Shown here: positions 58,936-64,000 of the stretch, piece after piece | Numbering within the stretch: position 1 is the first letter of the stretch | Layout of the letters: each line of letters starts with the position of its first letter | The notes under the pieces: model-generated | Database searches by the model: none | The model's input: only the letters and a program-made list of their open reading frames with translations | What the model was told of the DNA's origin: nothing | Translations under genes and position numbers: made by a program | Source: Scyliorhinus canicula | Taxonomy: Eukaryota | Assembly: GCF_902713615.1 (NCBI RefSeq) | Contig: NC_052149.1 | Coordinates: forward strand, 127,227,256-127,291,255 | DNA: 64,000 nucleotides | Direction of reading: 5' to 3'

Positions 58936-60351
58936 CTTTGTCCGACTCAGTCTACTCAGTACAAAAGATGTCCCATGTGTGCTTTGGAAATGTCCCGCTT
59001 CCCCATCAGCTGATTGGCTGCATTTCAACAAGTGATTGTCATGATTGGCTGGTTGGCCTGTCAATCAATGACACATCAGCAGAAGGTTGGATTCAAAGAC
59101 AATTATCAATCATTTTTAAATGATCAGATCTATCTGGAATCTCTGAGTTTTCGACGAACAGCGGCAGCCGTGTGCACCATCTACAAGATGCACTGCAGTA
59201 ACTCACCAAGGTTCCTCAGACAACTTCCAAAGCCACAAACACTACCATCTAGAAGGAAAAATGCCGCAAATCCTGAGGAACACCGCCACCTGGAGGTTCC
59301 CCTCCAAGTCACTCTCCACCCTGACTTGGAAATATATAACCTGTCGCTGGGGCAACATCCTGGCACCCTCTCCCTTACAGCACAGTGGGTGTACCTACAC
59401 CTCAAGTACTGCAATGGTTCATGAAGGCATCTCACCACCACCTTCTGAAGGACAACCAGGGGTGGGCGATAAATGCTGGCCTAGCCAGCGACGTCCACAT
59501 TCCGTAAATTAATTTTTTTAAATAAACTTTTTTGCATCACTCCCCACCCACATCCCCCTTCCACACCCCAACCCGACCCCCTTCTGTATCCATCCCTGCA
59601 AAAACCTATTCCCCAATTCACTACCAACGGCACTTTCAAAATCCCAACTATCTGTCTCTGGCCCTCCGATCACCACAACATTTCTGCAGCGACTGATTTA
59701 CCCAACCTCACCCTCACCTCCACCTTTGATATCCTTGTTCCCAATAAAACCATTCCTCTCTCTCACCCTGACCGTTCCCCCTGCTACGGCCTCATCTCCA
59801 CTCACTTCATCCAAGTGACGCAGACTTGAAAGGATCTGGTGGAGAACTGGTTTATACATCCACTGTCAGATCCGGCTGGACCACTTCAAACATTCCCGGC
59901 TCCTACTCCCATCTGCTAAAACTGCTCACTATTCCAGGATCATCCTGGAATGTAAAGATAATCCTGGCTTCTTTTCTCCACTGCAGACCATCTTCTTAAA
60001 CCCCTCTCCCCGTCCCCTCCACCCTCACCTCCAACAACAAGTGGGAGGGGCTCATTGACGTCTTTGTCACTAAGATTGAGACGATCCAATCAGCTGCCTC
60101 TGCCACATCCCTCCCTTCCACTAGGCCGTCTGGACAAACTTCCTCTAATTCTCCCCCCTGCCCGGGCCCTGAACTCACATCTTTCTCTAGTTTCTCTCCT
60201 AGCTCCCCTCACGGGCCACGTGGCACTAGTGCAATTCCAATGCACGCCAGTGTGTGATTCAATGAGGTCGGGATTGGCAGTCGAGACCCTGACAGGCTAC
60301 AGCCGCATACAGGCACTCTACCTTCCACACACTCTCATCCCAGCCAAGACG

Positions 60352-61200
60352 ATGGCACCTCGGAGAGCTGCCCCTTGGGTCACGGATGCAGAGCTGGAAG
60401 TATTGCTGGATGCCGTGGAGGAGAGGCGCCTTGTTCCCCGGGATGGGAAGGAGGCTGCTACCCGCCTACATCAACCAGGTCTGGCAGAGATGGCAGATGC
60501 CGTGAGCCCCATGGGCCCCACCGCGAGGACCAGACAGCAGTACAGAAAGAAGCTGCAGGACTTCCTATTGGTGACAAGGGTAAGTCACCAGCTGCGTGCC
60601 CCTATCACCACCCCCACCCCACAATCCCCACACACATTAACCCCCCCTACCCCCTCCTTCATGCGGTACCCACCAGGCGGATTGGTAGGCAGTGCTGGGT
60701 GAGGATGGGCAACGTCCCAGGTCAGCCAGGGTTAGGCACCAGCTCCATGCCCCTGGCACCATCCCTGTGTCACACTCTCCAGCACTCATGCCCTCCTCCT
60801 CGAGAGCAACTGAATCCCACCCGCCAGCAGTCCACACGCACCCCACCCTCCACCATATGCCAACACCCATACAGTCCACCATGACCGGGCATCCTGCACA
60901 CACAGGCCACCAGCTGCAGAGCACCTGTGCTGCCCGTGTCCAAGTGTTTCACGCTGTGTATTATCTGTTTCCACAGGAAACGGCCCACAACTGCTGGGAG
61001 CAGAAAACCAGAAGGTCCCGCCGCACTTGTAGCCGCTCACTGTCGGGGAGCAGAGGGCAATGGACCTGGTTGGCGGGGTGGCAGGGCGGGCAGTCACCAA
61101 GGCACAGGAGGCATTGCACCAGCAAGTGAACCCCCAATGCATCGCAATATCCCAATGGCCCGAGAGTCACTCCTCCCCCACGCCACGCCTACCCGTGATA
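60352..61200 (+). mobile_element. Degenerate Harbinger Myb/SANT-like second gene, two exons (60352-60579 and from 60977)
   Basis: MAPRRAAPWVTDAELEVLLDAVEERR...RTRQQYRKKLQD; GTAAGT donor at 60580; ccacAG acceptor at 60975-60976; ETAHN... in exon 2. Confidence 0.7.
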
Positions 61201-62570
61201 CAGAAGAGGTCGAATGTCTTGTGAAGAGGAAGAAGGATTATGTAAGCATTAGGGCACTTGAGGGACACAAGATAGCTTGGAAGGAGCTCCAGAAAGGGCT
61301 TAGGAGAGCTAGGAGGGGGCATGAGAAGTCCTTGGCGGGTAGGATCAAGAAAAACCCCAAGGCTTTTTACACTTATGTGAGGAATAAAAGAATGACCAAG
61401 ATGAAGTTAGGGCCAGTCAAGGACAGGAGTGGGAACGTGTGCATGGAGTCTGAAGATATAGGAGAGGCCCTAAATCTCATCCCTCGCCTCCCAAAGAATC
61501 CTAGGATATATCCCATCAGGCCCAGGGGACTTATCTATCCTGGAGTAGTAGTGGAAGGGAGTTTCTCAAAATGGAGAACTGTGACCAGTGGTGTTCCACA
61601 GGGATCCATGGTGGGAACCACTGTTGCTTGTGATATACATAAATGATCTGGAAGAAGGTATAGATGGTCTGATTAGCAAGTTTCAGATGACACTAAGACT
61701 GGTGGAGTAGCAGATAGTGAAGGGGACTGTCTCAGAATACAGCAGAATATAGATAGATTGGAGAGTTGGGCGGAGAAATGGCAGATGGAGTTCAATCTGG
61801 GCAAATGCGAGGTGATGCATTTTGGAAGATCCAATTCAAGAGCGAACTATACGGTAAATGAAAAAGCCCAAGGGAAAATTGATGTACAGAGAGATCGGGG
61901 TGTTCAGGTCCATTGTACCCTGAAGGTGGCTGCGCAGGTTGATAGAGTGGTCAAGAAGGCATACAGCATGCTTTCCTTCATTGGACGGGGTATTGAGTAC
62001 AAGAGTTGGCAGGTCATGTTACAGTTGTATAAGATTTTGGTTGGGCCACATTTGGAATACTGCGTGCAGTTCTGGTTGCCACATTACCAAAAGGATGTGG
62101 ATGCTTTGGAGAAGGTGCAGAGGAGGTTCGCCAGGATGTTACCTAGTAACAAGAGAGGTTGAGTAGATTAGGATTATTTTCATTAGAAAGACGGAGGTTG
62201 AGGGGGCACCTCATTGAGGTCTACAAAATCATGAGAGGTATGGACATGGTGGATAGCAAGAAGATTTTTCCCCAGAGTGGGGGACTCAATTAATAGGGGT
62301 CACGAGTTCAAGGTGAGAGGGGAAAAGTTTAAGGGAGATATGCATGGAAAGTTCTTAACGCAGAGGGTGGTGGGTGCCTGGAACGCATTGCCGGCGGAGG
62401 TGGTAGAGGCGGGCACGATAGCGTCATTTAAGATGTATCTAGACAGATACATGAATGTGCAGAGAGCAGAGGGATACAGATCCTTAGAAAATAGGCGACA
62501 GTTTTAGATGGAGGATCGGGATCGGCGCAGGCTTGGAGGGCCGAAGGGCCTGTTCCTATGCTATAATTTT
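61200..62570 (+). mobile_element. CR1 ORF2 fragment with an internal deletion and 3' tail
   Basis: LAGRIKKNPKAFYTYV, VPQGS, WQMEFN; tail gagggccgaagggcctgttcc. Confidence 0.9.
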
Positions 62571-62579
62571 TCTTTTTTC

Positions 62580-64000
62580 TCTTTGTTCTAAATCAATACT
62601 TTTCTTCAGTGTTCACAAAGGAGAGGGGCCATGTTGTTGAGGAGGATAGTGCAATTCAGGCTGGTAGGCTGGAGGAAGTAGATATTTGGAAGGAAGATGT
62701 GTCAGAAATTCTGAGAAGCCTGAGGATAGATAAGTCCCCTGGGCCTGATGGATATATCCTAGGATTCTTTGCGAGGTGAGGGATGAGACTGCACAGCCTT
62801 TGGCTTTGATCTTTATGTCCTCACTGTCTACAGGAATAGCGCCAGAGGACTGGAAAGTGGCGAATGTTGTTCCTCTGTTCAAGAAAGGGAATAGGTATAA
62901 CCCTGGGAATTATAGGCCAGTTAGTCTCAGTTCAGTCATAGGTAAATTATTGGAAAGCGTCCTGAGGGATAGGATTTATGATCATTTGGAAAGATACATC
63001 TTAATCCTGGGTAGTCAGCACGGATTTGTGAGGGGTAAGTTTTGCCTCACAAGTTTGATTGTATTCTTTGAGGAGGTAACTAAGTACATAGATGAAGATA
63101 GAACAGTTGATGTCGTATACATGGATTTTAGTAAGGCCTTTGATCAGGTGCCCCATGGTTGGCTCATGCAGAAAGTAAGGAGGCATGACATAGAAGGACA
63201 TTTGGCCGATTGGATCAGTAACTGGCTATCATATTGAAGACAGAGGGTGGTGGGAGATGGTAAATTTTCATCCTGGAGCCCAGTCACCAGCGGTATACCT
63301 CAGGGATCAGTGCTGGGTCCTCTGTAATTTATGATTTTTATCAATTACTTGGATAATGGGGTTGAAGGTTGGGTTAGTAAATTTGCTGATGACACCAAGA
63401 TTGGTGGAGTAGTGGATAATGTGGAGGGCTGTTGTAGGCTGCAATGAGACATTGATAGGATGCAGAACTGGGCTGAGAAGTGGCAGATGGAGTTTAACCC
63501 TGATAAGTGTGAGCTGATTCATTTTGGTTGGCCAAATTTGAATGCGGATTACAGGGTTAAGGGCAGGGTTCTGAAGAATGTGGAGGAGCAGAGCGATCTC
63601 AGAGTTCATGTCCACAGATCTCTGAAAGTTGCCACCCAAGTGGATAGAACCAGGAAGAAAGCCCACAGTGTGTTAGCATTTATTAACAGGGGGATTGAGT
63701 TTAAGAGCCGTGATGTTATGCTGCAACTGGACAAGACATTGGTTAGACCACAATGTGTGCAGTTCTGGTCACCTCATTATAGGAAGGATGTGGAAGCATT
63801 GGAAAGGGTGCAAAGGAGATTCACCAGGATGCTGCCTGGATTGGAGGGTAGGTCTTATGAAGAAAGGTTGAGGGAGCTAGGGCTTTTCTCATTGGAGCAA
63901 CGGAGGATAAGAGGTGACTTAATTGAGGTGTATAAGATGATGAGAGGGATAGATAGAGTGGATGTTCAGCGACTTTTTCCTCGGGTGGATGTAGCTGTTA
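62580..64000 (+). mobile_element. CR1 ORF2 RT region, frameshifted, runs off the right edge
   Basis: YRPVSLSSVIGK, YMDFSKAFD, PQGSVLGP, FADDTK. Confidence 0.92.

Overview
Eukaryotic, repeat-dense genomic DNA from a cartilaginous fish (shark). This is inferred from the Ig light-chain sequence and the V-SINE/CR1/Deu-SINE repeat content. The only clearly recognisable host gene is one unrearranged immunoglobulin light-chain V-J-C cluster of the type I/NS5 (sigma-cart) isotype on the + strand: leader 44744-44792, V 44984-45284 with a perfect 12-RSS, J 46145-46179 with a 23-RSS, and C 57382-57710. All splice sites and reading frames are intact. Most of the rest is transposable elements. There are two complete but decayed Gypsy proviruses with target-site duplications (6250-13544 and 50961-55726, the latter inside the J-C intron), a partial Gypsy element, and a Gmr1-type element. 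Also present are a full-length L1-clade LINE, many CR1 and other LINE pieces, three SINE families, Harbinger remnants with related MITEs, and a Mutator-like MITE. Several minisatellites have 51-57 bp periods. The most unusual observation is that the intronic Gypsy element has no tRNA primer-binding site. In its place is a perfect 13-nt antisense copy of its own LTR poly(A)-signal region, which suggests self-priming or 5'-specific poly(A) occlusion. All coordinates and counts were read by eye, and no database searches were run.
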